This document shows, one piece after another, positions 39,685-52,925 of a stretch of 64,000 nucleotides of DNA. Each line of letters opens with the position of its first letter. Within the stretch, counting starts at the first letter, position 1. The stretch comes from Octopus bimaculoides (Eukaryota), in NCBI RefSeq assembly GCF_001194135.2, contig NC_068991.1, positions 72,526,416 through 72,590,415 on the forward strand, written 5' to 3'. The notes below the pieces were generated by a model. The model was not told where the DNA came from. It did no database searches and saw only the letters and a list, made by a program, of their open reading frames with translations. Position numbers and translations under genes: made by a program.

Positions 39685-41185
39685 TTAAATGTTCCTTGCT
39701 AAAGTGGCAGTTTATTACAAGCATGTAGAATTTTAGAGTAGCAAAGATAAGCTTTCCTATACACTTTAATTCTCAAATGTTATACTTTTCACAAACAAGC
39801 TCACCTTTGAGATTTTATTCTAACTCACTGGGTTTTCTTCCCCATTAGACTCTTGGATTATAATATTTAAACTTGGATGAAAAATGATATATGAAATTAA
39901 GACCTTGATAAAACACGTGGGTTTATATGATTCACAAGTAATTTCTTGATTTCAATTAGAATTCATTGTAGGTTTTTATTGTTAAGACATGTTTATATGG
40001 CCAAAGGTGCAATATGGGCAAATGGTTAAGAACTTTGCTTGACAACCACAAAGTCCCTGGTTCAGTCCTACTGAGTGGCATTTTGGGAAAATATTTTCTC
40101 TGTAGCCTTGGATCAACCCTTATCTTGTGAGTAAAATCAGGTGGTTGGAAATTGTATAGAAGCCTATTGAATGAATTGTGCCTGTAATTCAAAAGAACAG
40201 CTTTGTTAGATACTGTACCATGTTGATTCTGATTGAGAATTACATTAAAGGCACACATTCTGTGGAATACTCAGCCACTTATATTTTAAATCAGGAGCAA
40301 ATGATTCAGAGAATGCTTCTCCATCTTTCCTTTAACTTGAAAATATCCTCTTCCCAGAATTGAGGTGGTTTCATGGCAAATAAGTCGAAAGGTAAGCTAT
40401 TATAAATCGGCACGAACTTTCCGGACAACCCAATATTTATTTATTTATAATACATAAAAATAAATAAAAAGCATTGAGGTTGATTTATTCAACTAAAAAT
40501 TCTTCAAGGTGGTGCCCCAGCATGGCCGTAGTCTAATGACTGAAACAAGCAAAAGATAAAAAAAGATTCTGTGATGTGTTTGTGAAGAGTAAAGGGTGGA
40601 ACAGGACCATCGATGAACAGTGTCGGGTCCAAAACAGAGATAATGTAGTCAGGAATGCAGGACATGTGGGAATAGACATGGCCAAGTGGTTAAGATGTAC
40701 TCTTTACACCCATGTGATTGTGGGTTCAGTCCTACTGCACAGCATTTTAGGCAAGAATGGAATTTGGTTGGTAGAAACTGTGCAGAAGTATTACGTAAGT
40801 ACATGTGTGTGTGTGTGTATTTGCCTGTGTGTGAGAGTGTGAACAAACTTTATGCAGCAAAGGAAAGTAACTTCGTGCTGTTTTAATGCTACCCTAAATT
40901 ATCTCCCCTTATGACAAAGTCGACTGGCCTCATGTTTCTCCCGAGATCGATAAAATATGTACTACACGAAGTACTGAAATCAATACAATTGATTGAAACT
41001 CTTAAAGGCAGTGTCCCAGCATGGCTACTCTCCAATAATTAAAGCTAATAAAAGATTAATAAAATAAAAGAAAAGAATAATAAGACCAACAAAAATGGAG
41101 CACTTCCACAACTATGGCTTGGTATATTTGCTATGGATAGGGAAAAATATACAAATAATAATGGCAGTAAAACAAATCCACGAAA

Positions 41186-41533
41186 GAACCTGGCACAAAC
41201 CATCTGATCATTAAAACCAGTGAAAACAGCAACAAACTGTTGTGTTGTAACTTCCAGTATTTCGAAAGTACTCTGGGAAATTAGATTCTTATAAATCAAT
41301 GTTGTTTGCTAAAACAGTGTTGTTTGTTATCATTGATATTATTTGAGTAATTATAATTATTTATTCAAATGAGATATCTAGAAGCAGTGTTCATGACCTT
41401 CGTAAGCCATCAGGCCATGGACACTGCGTATTTGAATAAAATAGATAATTATAATTACTCAAATAATATCAATGATAATAATTTGTTGCTGTTTTCATTG
41501 GTTTTAATGATCAGAGGGTTAGTGCCAGGTTCT
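41186..41533. repeat. Foldback element with an insertion in the left arm
   Basis: Outer IR agaacctggcac...cagcaacaaa / tttgttgctg...gtgccaggttct; inner IR ttatcattgatattatttgagtaattataat. Confidence 0.75.
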
Positions 41534-41559
41534 GTCTTGGATTGAGATTGGTATGGTTG

Positions 41560-41775
41560 ATGCCATTAATGTTCCATATGTATCGTTATGAGCCCAGTAT
41601 CTGCAAGAAATACATTATTAGGGAGAGAATTCCAGAGAGCTAACATTATGAGAATGCAAGACAGGGTGTAGTGGTTAGTGCTGGGCCTAGGGTGTGTGGA
41701 CACAAGAGGGATTGTGAAAGGAGGAGAGATGAGTAGGTCAGGAATACTTGAGTGGGTGTGGCATAAACCCAATCA
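41560..41775 (-). mobile_element. CR1/L2-group LINE 3' fragment
   Basis: ORF 41566-41772 contains HP..ST..Y..S...LWNSLPNNVF, a typical CR1/L2 C-terminus. A similar fragment may lie at about 17385-17500. Confidence 0.6.
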
Positions 41776-44434
41776 ACTCTAAGGAGCAGGGGCCATTAAA
41801 ATAGAAATATAAAAGAAAGAGAGAGTAGACAGCATGTCCATGGGCTAGAGGCTGGAACATGCCTGGGCCTGGGAATGATTTTATGCTAATCAGTTAGGCA
41901 ACCTGTTTTTGAGTGGATGTGGCATAAATTCAGCTAGCTACTGGTGTTTGATGGAACAGAGAATGTCAGTACAAGATCTGCATTTACCAGACCCATGTAA
42001 TTCTGTTCTCTGTCAAAATGTCCTTTATTACTCTCAACTCATAAGAATATAGTTTAAGATTGTCTCTTTGTTCTTTTAGTTGTTTCAGTCACTGGACCGT
42101 GACCATGCTGGAGCACTGCCTGGAAGGGTTTAGTCTCTCAAGTCAACCCCAGCACTAGATTGTTTAAAGTTTGGTACTTATTCTCTTGGACTCCTTTGCT
42201 GAACTGCTAAGTTATAGGGATGTAAACAAACCAACACTGGTTGTCAAGCAGTGGGGAAGGGACACATGCTAGGATAGACACACACACACATGACAGGCTT
42301 CCACACAGTTTCTGTCTATCAAATTCACTCAGAAAGTGTTGGTTAACCCAGGGTGAGTTTGAATCCAAAACCATGTAGCTTTAAAGCAAACCTCTTAACC
42401 ACATGGCCACGCCTGCATCAATGTCCAGTTTTTGCTTTAGACGTAGGTTCTTCTTTTGGATTAGTGAAGCAAACAGGTTGTCTTTCATGAATGTTTCATG
42501 CTCCAAGAATTAAAGACAATTCTAAAAGGTGGAAGTATGTAGTGTTGATTTGATAGTGTAGAACTGGATAAAATAATAATGCTAATTCTAGCATAAAAAT
42601 TACTTAAGAACACAAAAAAAATGTGACCTAGCATAATAAATCATTTTGGGATGTTTCCAGGTCATTTTTAATGATTGAATTTGATAGGAAAGGCTGCATA
42701 TAGTTTGATGTGTTTTCTATGAGATTTCTATCCGTTGTGTTGTAACTTTCGGTATTTCCAAAGTATTTTGGGAAATTTGATTCTTATAAATCAATGTTGT
42801 TTTATAGTAAATATTTTTGTAAAACTTTCTGTTTGAAATTATAAATATCCATACCACAGATAATCACCTTTAATCCTTACTGCACAAGGACCAGGTATAC
42901 TAGATTCCCTATATAACCCCTTGAAGCATGGGAATCGAGTTTGGTATGTTTTTGATAGTGCGGTGCTTTCCAGCATTCTCCACATTTCATATGATGTTGT
43001 ATGGACATTTTATTTTTACTGTCCAATAGAAAGAGGTTGTGAGAAGTGATTTGCATATGATTAGCATATTACATCACCAGCAAAAATGTAATCAGTGCAG
43101 TGAGGGTTAAATATCATAATAATTAATTTCAATTAACACCTTTAAAGTTAATGCCTCAACTTTGCTGCACTTTTTTTATCTTTCTCTGATTTAATTTAGA
43201 GAAACCAATTGCAGAATAAAAAATTGTGGGCTTGTCAATTTAAAGAATTATTGAAAAAATGGCAGCTCTAAAATGTAGCGCCTTTACATTCGAAAGCAAC
43301 TCTTATTATGTTATTCAGTGCAACTTTTATAAGGATAAAACATACAATTCCATCTGATATTATTTGTTGAAAAGCCAACAGGAAACATACAATGCTTTTG
43401 ATTTCAGTGAAATCAAGTCGTCCTCAAACCATTTCTGCCCTTGGTGCGTACCTGGATTTTAAATTTTTTACCAATCTTTTCCACCCTTCTTGGTCTTGGG
43501 CTTTTTTTCTTGGCCATGAACAGTCCAGTATAGAACTTAATATTGGTGTAGCTCCCACCTAGTGTTTTACTGTGTTTGTGGTAATTCTGTTGGCGTCCAT
43601 CTCCTCTTAAGGTAATAAGTGTCTTTACAACCGTCTGAAGAAGCTCTTCTGTCTTTGTCAGGATTTTGTTATTTGATTCTGCCGGGTATCCACACCCACC
43701 CTCATGGAGAGGCCCAATAGGGGACTGGTTTAGTCAATGACTCCTCGACCACGAGTGGCAGGTGGTACTTTACATTTGAAAATGTAGGAATTGAACAAAG
43801 TGTAATTTTTATGAATCTGAATCTAACATTACAGTTTTCCATCGTGTATTACTTCGGTCATGCTGCCATTTAGGAGTTCTATAGATATACTGGAACATTT
43901 GAAAGAATTTATGTTTGGATACTTCTCTTTCCAGGATAATATCTATTCTATTAACTTTAGTATTTTGTGTTTAACTAACTTGACAATAACATGTTTATGC
44001 TTTATAGATTCATTTATTTAACTATATATTCTGTATATTTATATAATAAGTGAGTATCTTGGCTCTTTACCAGAATTAAACATTACTCTCACATGAGAAA
44101 ACTAAGTTGAAAAAAAATATATCTAAAAAAATATTGTATAACAGTCTATATTTGTGGATATTAATTGTAACAATAATATTGAAACATTTTTAATATATTA
44201 TACTTCTCTGTGAACAATCAAAGATAAATATATATAAAAAAAGAAGATATATTAAGTTTTAAAAGTCCCCTAAAACACGAAGTAGTAGACATTATAAGTT
44301 TGGTAATTTAAAACTTATAATAAAATGTTCTCTCCTTACATACAGAAAATATAACCAGAGAAAGTCCCCACGAAAAGGATTCATTCTCCGTGTGAACTAT
44401 TTCTGTTGATGGAATAATTTGTTTTCTAATTCAG

Positions 44435-44494
44435 ATAATGAAAGTAGCTCGAAGCACTATCATGACTACTCCATCAACTTTACGACCTGGAGAG
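44435..44494 (+). CDS. 60-nt phase-0 exon, copy 1: IMKVARSTIMTTPSTLRPGE (probably BRSK tail)
   Basis: ttttctaattcAG/GTaagc; open, multiple of 3; paralogous to 58599-58658 including the intron flank. Assignment to BRSK is inferred from strand and phase. Confidence 0.75.
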
Positions 44495-45189
44495 GTAAGC
44501 CAACTAAGTACTGTGCCTCACAATTACATATAACTCTCAGAATAATACAAAGCTCAGCTTAGCTTATTTTGTGACTTCACTGTAGCAAGTACCAGTAATT
44601 GCATAGGGGAAGCCTTCGGTATTATCATAATTGCATGTAAATATTGAAGCATGATCACATCTTTGTATATTGTGCTAATTTTGAGAGAGTGTCTTTAAGT
44701 TCTTAATCTTTTTAATAAAATCTGTTTTTTAACATTAAGTGAATAATGTATTCAGGGTAATTTCTAATTAGGTTATTTAAGCAATCAACCGGGAAAAAAT
44801 AACAAGGTTTTTTTTTTTTTTCAAATTTAAATATATGTTTAATTATCATAGATTAGTTATGTTGATTCATATCCTTCTTCTTTCAGAACTTTTATGCTAA
44901 AATAGTTTTAAAACAAAATTTTTAAATGCGGGGTTCAGTCTTACATTTACTAATTTGTATAAATAAATAAATATAAATATATATATATATATGTATGTAT
45001 GTATATACATGTGTATATATATATATATATATATATATNNNNNNNNNNNNNNNNNNNNNNNNNNNNNNNNNNNNNNNNNNATGTATGTATGTATATGTAT
45101 ATGTGTGTGTATATATATTTATATATATATATATATGCACCATCATCATAACGTATTGAAAACACAACTGTTCTAGCTTTAACTTTTTA

Positions 45190-46133
45190 TTTCATTTAAG
45201 TTTTTCATATTTTTGTATGGGGTTTTTTGCAGTTTCTTTGAAACACTTAAGCTTCCAAATCCAAACTTTCACAGTCTCATCTTCAGGACGACACAGTGCT
45301 GCAGTCTCTTTACAAGTAAATAATACTTACATAATTAGTGTAGACATTACTGCCACAGTCTGAATTTTAGACTGTCATATTATACATCATCAAGTACATA
45401 TTTTTGTTAGTGATTACAATATACTATCTATATTATTTATCTTAATATTATTCTGTTTCCATCATTAATCCTGTATTTTTTTTTTTTTTGTGAGGAATTC
45501 TATACAAGGTAGACATATTGTTTACTAATGTTTTCCTATCTCATTTTGTTTTATATCATGAAGCATAATATACTGCACTTACTCCTTGTTGCAAGTGCAT
45601 AGTGAACTGACTAGAGACTATTGTATTTGTATGGCCAATATGACAGCTAGGGTTATGAAGTTCACAACTTTCATATTAGCAATCAAATCAATAAACCCAT
45701 TGATCATTAGTAGCTTCTTGCATTCTTGTTTATTATTGATAATTTTGTCTTTAATTTTAATGTCTTAGTAGTATATAATTAATGTCAGCTTATATTTGGA
45801 TGTGGTGCATTTAGTGTTCTGTTTTATGAGGCTTTTCACAATGTGTTCATTTATTCTATTGATACATTATTTACATTATTTACATTTGATGGATATTTGT
45901 CCTCATCTTGTTTGTTGTTAACACAACGTTTCAGCTGATATACCCTCCAGCCTTCATCAGGTGTCTTGGGGAAATCTCGAACCTGGGTTCTCATTCCTAA
46001 GGTATTTTATGATGTTGTTGGGGTTAGTAGCCTGTGCTCTTAATCACTATGCCATATGCCCGTGGGCAATAGCATAGTGGTTAAGAGCGCGGGCTACTAA
46101 CCGCAAGATTCCGAGTTCAATTCCAGGCTGTGA

Positions 46134-46174
<41 letters not shown>

Positions 46175-46770
46175 TCGAAAAATACCTTAGGAATGAGAAC
46201 AACAAACAAAATGAGGACAAATATCCATGAAATGTAAATAATGTAAATAATTCTTCATCACTTAAATATAGAACTGTATTATTCTATTGCTTGTGTGCAT
46301 TTGATTCGTATGAATAGATTGTAGAGCCTTAATGCTTGTAGTTTCTGATTTATTTATTGCATTGTATTTATGATTGTATTATTTCTACGGCTGGGTCTAT
46401 TAGTTTGTCAGAATACCTGCTGCCAATTAGTGTTTGCTTTATTCTGTAGATTCCTTTAGTGCTTCATTTGTCAAGGACAATCTGTTGAGGGATTTCACCT
46501 CTGGCATTTGTATCTGTGTGGGCATTTACATTTTCATCCAAGTAAAGGTGTTTGGCATCACACAAGTCAACAGGCATGATTTGCACTTTATTTTTCTATA
46601 TGAGTAGTTATGTCTAGAAATGGAGTCACTGTATTGCTAGCAGGGCATTTGTTCCTGAAATATAGAAAAGTTCCGTAGCTTTCCCTTTTTGTATTCTTAG
46701 AAACCCTCTTTCTTCATTACTTAATATTTATACCATTTTAAATGAATTTTCATATGGAGTTTCTTTCTTC
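45190..46770 (-). mobile_element. Old Penelope-like element fragment (left arm of inverted pair)
   Basis: Diverged reverse complement of 47800-49350; CTGAAGATG end motif near 45290. Confidence 0.6.
45866..46278. mobile_element. Head-to-head hammerhead-SINE composite with TSD
   Basis: Same arms and core as 11541-11950; TTATTCTATTG at 45851-45861 and 46279-46289. Confidence 0.8.
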
Positions 46771-46845
46771 ATCACCTACGAAGAGAAAAGACCCTGTTTG
46801 TCAACATTTCAGGACTAGAAACAATAGAAATCATATGAAATAATA

Positions 46846-47565
46846 CAGGGTCCACCAAAATTAACTATACATTTTTATTTCAACATGATAAATGTAACAT
46901 AGAAGAAATAAGCTACTACAATACAGAAAGTAACACAGGGTACACTAAAGTTTGTTGCAACATAAAACGTGATGTTTATTAAAGCTCCGTGTGCTCTCCG
47001 TGGAGCTCAATGCACTTTGTTAATCTTTCAGGGACCAAGCGGTATACTCTGGCGCACAGCTCCAATGGCACTTGAGCAATGGCAGCTCGTATTTGTTCCT
47101 TAAGTTCAGCAATGTTGCAGGGCTTTGTTGAGTAGACTTTCTCTTTGAGAACGCCCCACAGGAAAAAGTCGGGTGGGGTCAAATCCGGCAAACGAGACAG
47201 CCACTCAAGCAGTCCTCACCTGCCAATCCATCAACCGGGCAGGTTGGCATCCAGCCAGTCTCGCACAAGCGTAGCATAATGGGCCGGTGCCCCATCCTGC
47301 TGAAAGTACAGACCTTCTGCTCCATCCTGCTATTGTAATAACAGCAAAAGCAGCTTCTGTAGAACCATTTCAAAACTGCAATCTTTTGCTCTTTTGTTAA
47401 TCGGGTGGACATAATCGATATAACAGTATATCTGAAATAGGGGGGGGGGGAGAAATAAAAATATAACATTTCAGCTTTCAAATGACATATTAAATAGAAA
47501 AATTGAATAAGTATCGACAAAGTTACAAGCAAAAGAAAATATATAGTTACTTATGGTGGACTCTG
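46846..47565 (-). mobile_element. Internally deleted rosa/DD41D Tc1-mariner element
   Basis: TIRs CAG(G/A)GTCCACCA.AA.TAACTATA; TA on both sides. Minus frame QQDGAPAHY...WIGR...PDLTPPDFFLWG has 41 residues between the Ds; the two TGA stops are probably CpG decay. Confidence 0.92.
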
Positions 47566-47599
47566 TATTTACAAACATCCAATAATAAATCCACTTGGC

Positions 47600-49350
47600 A
47601 TATCAGCGGATTATTAATGAAGAAATGGTTCATGTTCCATACAACAGAAATACTCTTTCACTGTTCACATGGGTTCTTTCTTATGGCTCACATTTGCATC
47701 CTTATATGTGGTCAGAGTAGTAGCAAACTGATGCCAAGATACAAACAAGCAGAATATTCCAAGAGTGTGGGCAATAAATTTGTTTAATGGAGAAACTGGA
47801 AAACATTAAAGAAATCAAAAGAAAACATAGAAAATAATTCCATATGAGATTTTAGTATCCAGGAGAGTTAAATTAAAACTTCTAGTAATACAGTGACCAT
47901 ATTTCTAGATATAAAGCATTCAGAAAGAAAATAACAAATAAATACACCACATCTCTTTTCACTAAAGAGACAATGGAAACATGCGTAATGTTTAACACAG
48001 ATACTGAATGATGTCAGTGGTGGAACTGTTACTTTGGAGGGCATTTAAATTCTCTTCGACTAGTGAAGCTCTCTGCATAAGGAAATCTACAGGAAATAAC
48101 AACGGCAAACACTAACCAACAGCTAATATCCAAACAAACTAATAGAACGAATCACAGAAGTGTGAATATAATGCAATAAATACATCTGTTAACTTACACA
48201 AACTATCATAAAGTGTGTTATATGAATCAAATGCATGGTAACTATGAAATGGGTGAGCACATTATCAAAACCTTTATAAGCAAGGCACAAAATACATTAC
48301 ATCAAGCCATAAAACTATCATTAATGACATGCTACAAAAATAATAAAATGGAAAACCTTATCAATAAAAATTCCAATGGATGTAAGACTGCAGACAAGCC
48401 ATTAATTATCAACAGGGTTTATTACAAAATTGATTGCTAACATGGAAGTTGTGAACTTCATGACTCTAAGTAGTTGTATGCTGTCAACTTAATGTGACAG
48501 TCCCATGAAGGTAATAATAATGACACAGGAAATGCGTCAAGGCCGACAGGAAGTGGTGCAGCTTCCTAAGTCTAAACAACAGTAGTATTATTCCCTTCAT
48601 GGGACTGTCAACATTAAGTTGACAGCATACAACTACTTCAACGTATCGCTACTGCATAAATCTCTATGAGAGATTTAGAAATGTATTATTTCTAATTCAT
48701 GACTCTAATTGTTATATTGGCCATGTAAGTATAAAACTCTACTGTTGGTCCATCATGTATTTTCTGTGAGTAGCAATTGCAATGCATTATATTCCACCAA
48801 AAATAAAAAAGCTAGATGGGAAAACATTAGCAGATAAGACATCAATCCTATACAGAATTTGTTTGCCATGAAAGCAAACTAATGATGAAAGAAATGCAAA
48901 TACCAAACAATGATGGTAAAATAAGATAACGTATACTAATCACAAACAAAAACAATACCCAGTTTATGATGTTTAATTTTAACCCTTTAGCATTTAAACT
49001 GACCATATCTGGCTAAAATGTTCTACTTGTTTAATGCTCAAACAAACCAAATCTGGTCTCTTACACCTATCCTACAATGTCACCGAAATCTCAAAGCTAC
49101 ATGATAATGCATGATTAATTCGAGAGGATGTTAATATATAAGCTTAACATTTAACAGAATAATCTGAATGCTAAAAGGTTAAAGACCAAAACTTCAAATT
49201 CTGGCACTAATGTCTGCATCAATCATATAGGTGCTGTTTTTTATAAACAGACAGCAACACACACCAACATTCCTTCATCCTGAAGATGAAATCTCGAAGG
49301 TTTAGAAACGTCTGCTAACAAATTGCAAAAAATTAATATGAAAATATGAG
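47600..49350 (+). mobile_element. Old Penelope-like element fragment (right arm of inverted pair)
   Basis: Degenerate RT-like reading TVTIFLDIK...YTTSLFTKET; 3' motif CCTGAAGATG-aaatc-tcgaa-ggttt-aGAAACGTC at about 49281-49314. Confidence 0.6.
48470..48695. mobile_element. 226-bp multi-hairpin insertion flanked by a 13-bp direct repeat
   Basis: TTCATGACTCTAA at 48457-48469 and 48696-48708; ~50-bp IR arms spanning 48468-48638. Confidence 0.8.
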
Positions 49351-49976
49351 GGAAAAGACTTGGATAAAAACGCAAAGTAGAACTCAGTCATGTTTCCAAT
49401 ACAATATGTCTAAAAGAGAAACTGTTCCAGCATATGTATGTGTATATATATATATATATCATCATCATCGTTTAACGTCCGCTTTCCATGCTAGCATGGG
49501 TTGGACGATTTGACTGAGGACTGGTGAAACCGGATGGCAACACCAGGCTCCAATCTAATTTGGCAGAGTTTCTACAGCTGGATGCCCTTCCTAACGCCAA
49601 CCACTCAGTGTAGTGGGTGCTTTTACGTGTCACCCGCACGAAGGCCAGTCAGGCGGTACTGGCAACAGCCACGCTCAAAATGGTGCATCTTATGTGCCAC
49701 CTGCACAAGAGCTAGTCCAGGGGCACTGGCAACGATCTCACTTGGCTTGCCGGGTCTTCTCACGCACAGCACATTTCCAAAGGTATTTGTATTTATAATT
49801 ATAATTATATATAAACATTTTATTTATAACAAAAGGGCTTAATATATGATGCAGAGTTGAATATTTATTATTCAACTACTGACAGTCACTTCAGAGTTTT
49901 GCTAAGGGTGGCTTGTCAAAGTATTTGATAGACCACCCCCTGTGAAAAACAGCATAGTAATTATCAACCTTTTGGT

Positions 49977-50013
<37 letters not shown>

Positions 50014-50216
50014 AGATGGAAGAGAGAAAAAAAACTACTGAATAAATAGAGTTCATTAATTTATTTTGAATCGATGACTTGTGTCAATGTTAGGCCAAGT
50101 TTCTCACTTCTAAGCATTTGTTCAGGCAACAAACGGACTGTGTTTCACAGAGATAGGGAACTGGGAGTAGCTACAGTGTGATTTTATCAACCGCAAGTGA
50201 ATGCAAATATACCATG

Positions 50217-50259
<43 letters not shown>

Positions 50260-51299
50260 TATCATCCTTGTGATCATTGTCATTGTCAGCATCACCATCA
50301 TCATTGTCATCATGACCACCACCACCACCACCACCACCACCACCACCACCACCATCATCATTTCCCATCTATTCCTCATGCTGGATGGGTTACCAGGATC
50401 CAAGTCNNNNNNNNNNNNNNNNNNNNNNNNNNNNNNNNNNNNNNNNNGAGTTACTACCCCCTCACATTGGAGACCCTGTCTTGCTCATATATCCATATTT
50501 GGAAGGGTTTCTACAGCTGGATGCCCTTCATAAAGCCAACCACTTTACAGGGTGTGCTGTTGGCATTTTTCTTGTGGCACGAACAGTAGGGAAGTTGCTT
50601 TGTGTCTGGCAAGATTGAAGAATTCTCTCTCCTCTACTTTCTCTTTATTTCATTCAAGTAATGTGGCTGATGAGAGAGGAAACAGATGAAGAGCAAGAAG
50701 ATAGAAGAGAGATTTTGATGGAGAAGAGGAGAGTGATAGGGGTGAATGGAGGAAGGAGTAATAGAAGTGAGACAGTGATAGGAAACTACATGTCGCTTGT
50801 GGATAAGGAAATTGAATAGAAACACAGTTTGAGTGTTGCGCAGAATGTGAGAGAGTGATCAAAGGTTGATATGAGGGTGAGAGAGAGAGAGAGATTAATA
50901 TGAAAGAATAAGAGACAGAGAGAGAGAGAATGAAAGGAGGGGAGTGATGTATGTCAACAATGAATGATGGATGTGTATGTGAAACAGTGATTGGTAGATA
51001 ATATTAAAAATGAGAGAGAGAGAGAGAGAGTGATAAAGATAAGTAATGGTAGGAGGTGATTAAATAAGGACTGATACAATGCTATCCCTCATTAGACAGG
51101 CAGCATGATGGGAGAGAGGCAGAGTGATAAAGGGTAATGGTAGCAGGACTGAAATAAGACAGACCCAAATTCCAAACTTCATTGCCCCCCCCCCCCCATT
51201 TTAACATCCATTTTGTCATGCATGCATGGGTGGGTTGTGACTGACCACAATCATTTACCATGACCATTGTGAGGTTCAGTTTCTCATCATCAGTAATCA

Positions 51300-51650
51300 C
51301 TACTTCTTCCTATGTCTACCTAGGTCTTTATCTACCACATGTTCAACACATTTCAAGGTTCACTAAGCACTTCTTTACACAACCGACATCTTTCATATGC
51401 ATCACGTGCGCAGACCATTGCAGTCTCTTATTTCCTGCACACACTGCATTTGGTTCCTCCTACATCCGACTTTTCAGTCTCTCATTTCATTCGTGCCATT
51501 GTTCCTTCCCACCAACATTACACACCCGGTGCCGCATGCTTGCTTCACTTCTCTCCAGCCTTCACCAGCCTTTCACATTTAAGGCCGACACCTTGCAACT
51601 GTACAGCATTGCACTTTGTACACAAGCGTCGTAACCATCTGCTCTCCATT
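51300..51650 (-). mobile_element. Degenerate RTE LINE fragment
   Basis: Minus-strand relic readings such as CVQSAMLYS and RLQWSAHVMHM, with stops and frameshifts. Confidence 0.6.
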
Positions 51651-51866
51651 ACAAGTATGTGCATGTACATGCACTCAAATACATATATTCATATTGTCTG
51701 AATGTGCACACACACACATACGTATATATGTTAATACATAGCAAAGTACTTGTTAAATTATCTATGTTCTCTACATGCACACTTACACATAGACACTCTC
51801 TGTCTGTCTCCCTCTCTCCCTCTCTCTCTCTTTCTCATTGCCTCTGTCTGTCTGTCTCTCTCGCTC

Positions 51867-51902
<36 letters not shown>

Positions 51903-51974
51903 CCTACCTGCATATCTATCTACCTATCTACCTACCTACCTACCTACCTACCTACCTATCTATCTATCTATCTA

Positions 51975-52024
<50 letters not shown>

Positions 52025-52125
52025 CATCTCTCTTAAATACACACTTTCTCAGTTACAGTCTTTGTTTAAAGCATTTTAATTCACAGATAATTCAATATAT
52101 TGGTTCACATATCAAAATTTTATGA

Positions 52126-52172
<47 letters not shown>

Positions 52173-52628
52173 GATAATTTTTATTTTACTTTAAGCAGTA
52201 ACTCCCTAAGCTTTTATACCCCATTCTTTCATGGGCTACTATCCTTCTTTTGAAACAGCCCCCTCCACTGCTAATCAGGTTACCTTGGTAACAAAAGCTA
52301 TTAAGCCTTCCAGGAATTTGAAAGAATCTATTTCCCTAAGGCTCATACTGATGATTGCTCTGGTGCATCTACCACATATGATGTTTACCTTTATTGTCAG
52401 CTTGCCTGTGACCCCACAACACCTGTTGTGTAGCCATCATTTACACTGAGTACACAGGTTGACATTCACATATATGCACACCTACTCTAAATTTCATAAA
52501 TAGTCCCACTCAAATAAGTCTATGGCAGAGGTTATCTACATCAACTAATATAATTTCAGTAGAGATCTAGTATGCATGTACATTTGTGTGTATATGTATG
52601 TATGTATATACATATACATATGTTTATA

Positions 52629-52675
<47 letters not shown>

Positions 52676-52925
52676 NNNNNNNNNNNNNNNNNNNNNNNNN
52701 NNNNNNNNNNNNNNNNNNNNNNNNNNNNNNNNNNNNNNNNNNNNNNNNNNNNNNNNNNNNNNNNNNNNNNNNNNNNNNNNNNNNNNNNNNNNNNNNNNNN
52801 NNNNNNNNNNNNNNNNNNNNNNNNNNNNNNNNNNNNNNNNNNNNNNNNNNNNNNNNNNNNNNNNNNNNNNNNNNNNNNNNNNNNNNNNNNNNNNNNNNNN
52901 NNNNNNNNNNNNNNNNNNNNNNNNN

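Noticed and set aside
40358-40391. Exon-like AG...GTAAGC segment
   Set aside because: It has a stop at codon 2 in the required phase, and it abuts a mariner-type terminal sequence (about 40400-40435).
43400-43760. GC-richer stretch considered as a missing BRSK exon
   Set aside because: No open phase-0 exon was found; the minus strand weakly resembles an RTE C-terminus (AQDQEGWKRLV), but too weakly to list as a feature.
50122-50589. Poly-His / poly-Asp / poly-Met ORFs
   Set aside because: (CAT)n/(CAC)n microsatellite at the tail of an RTE-type repeat; no splice or homology support.
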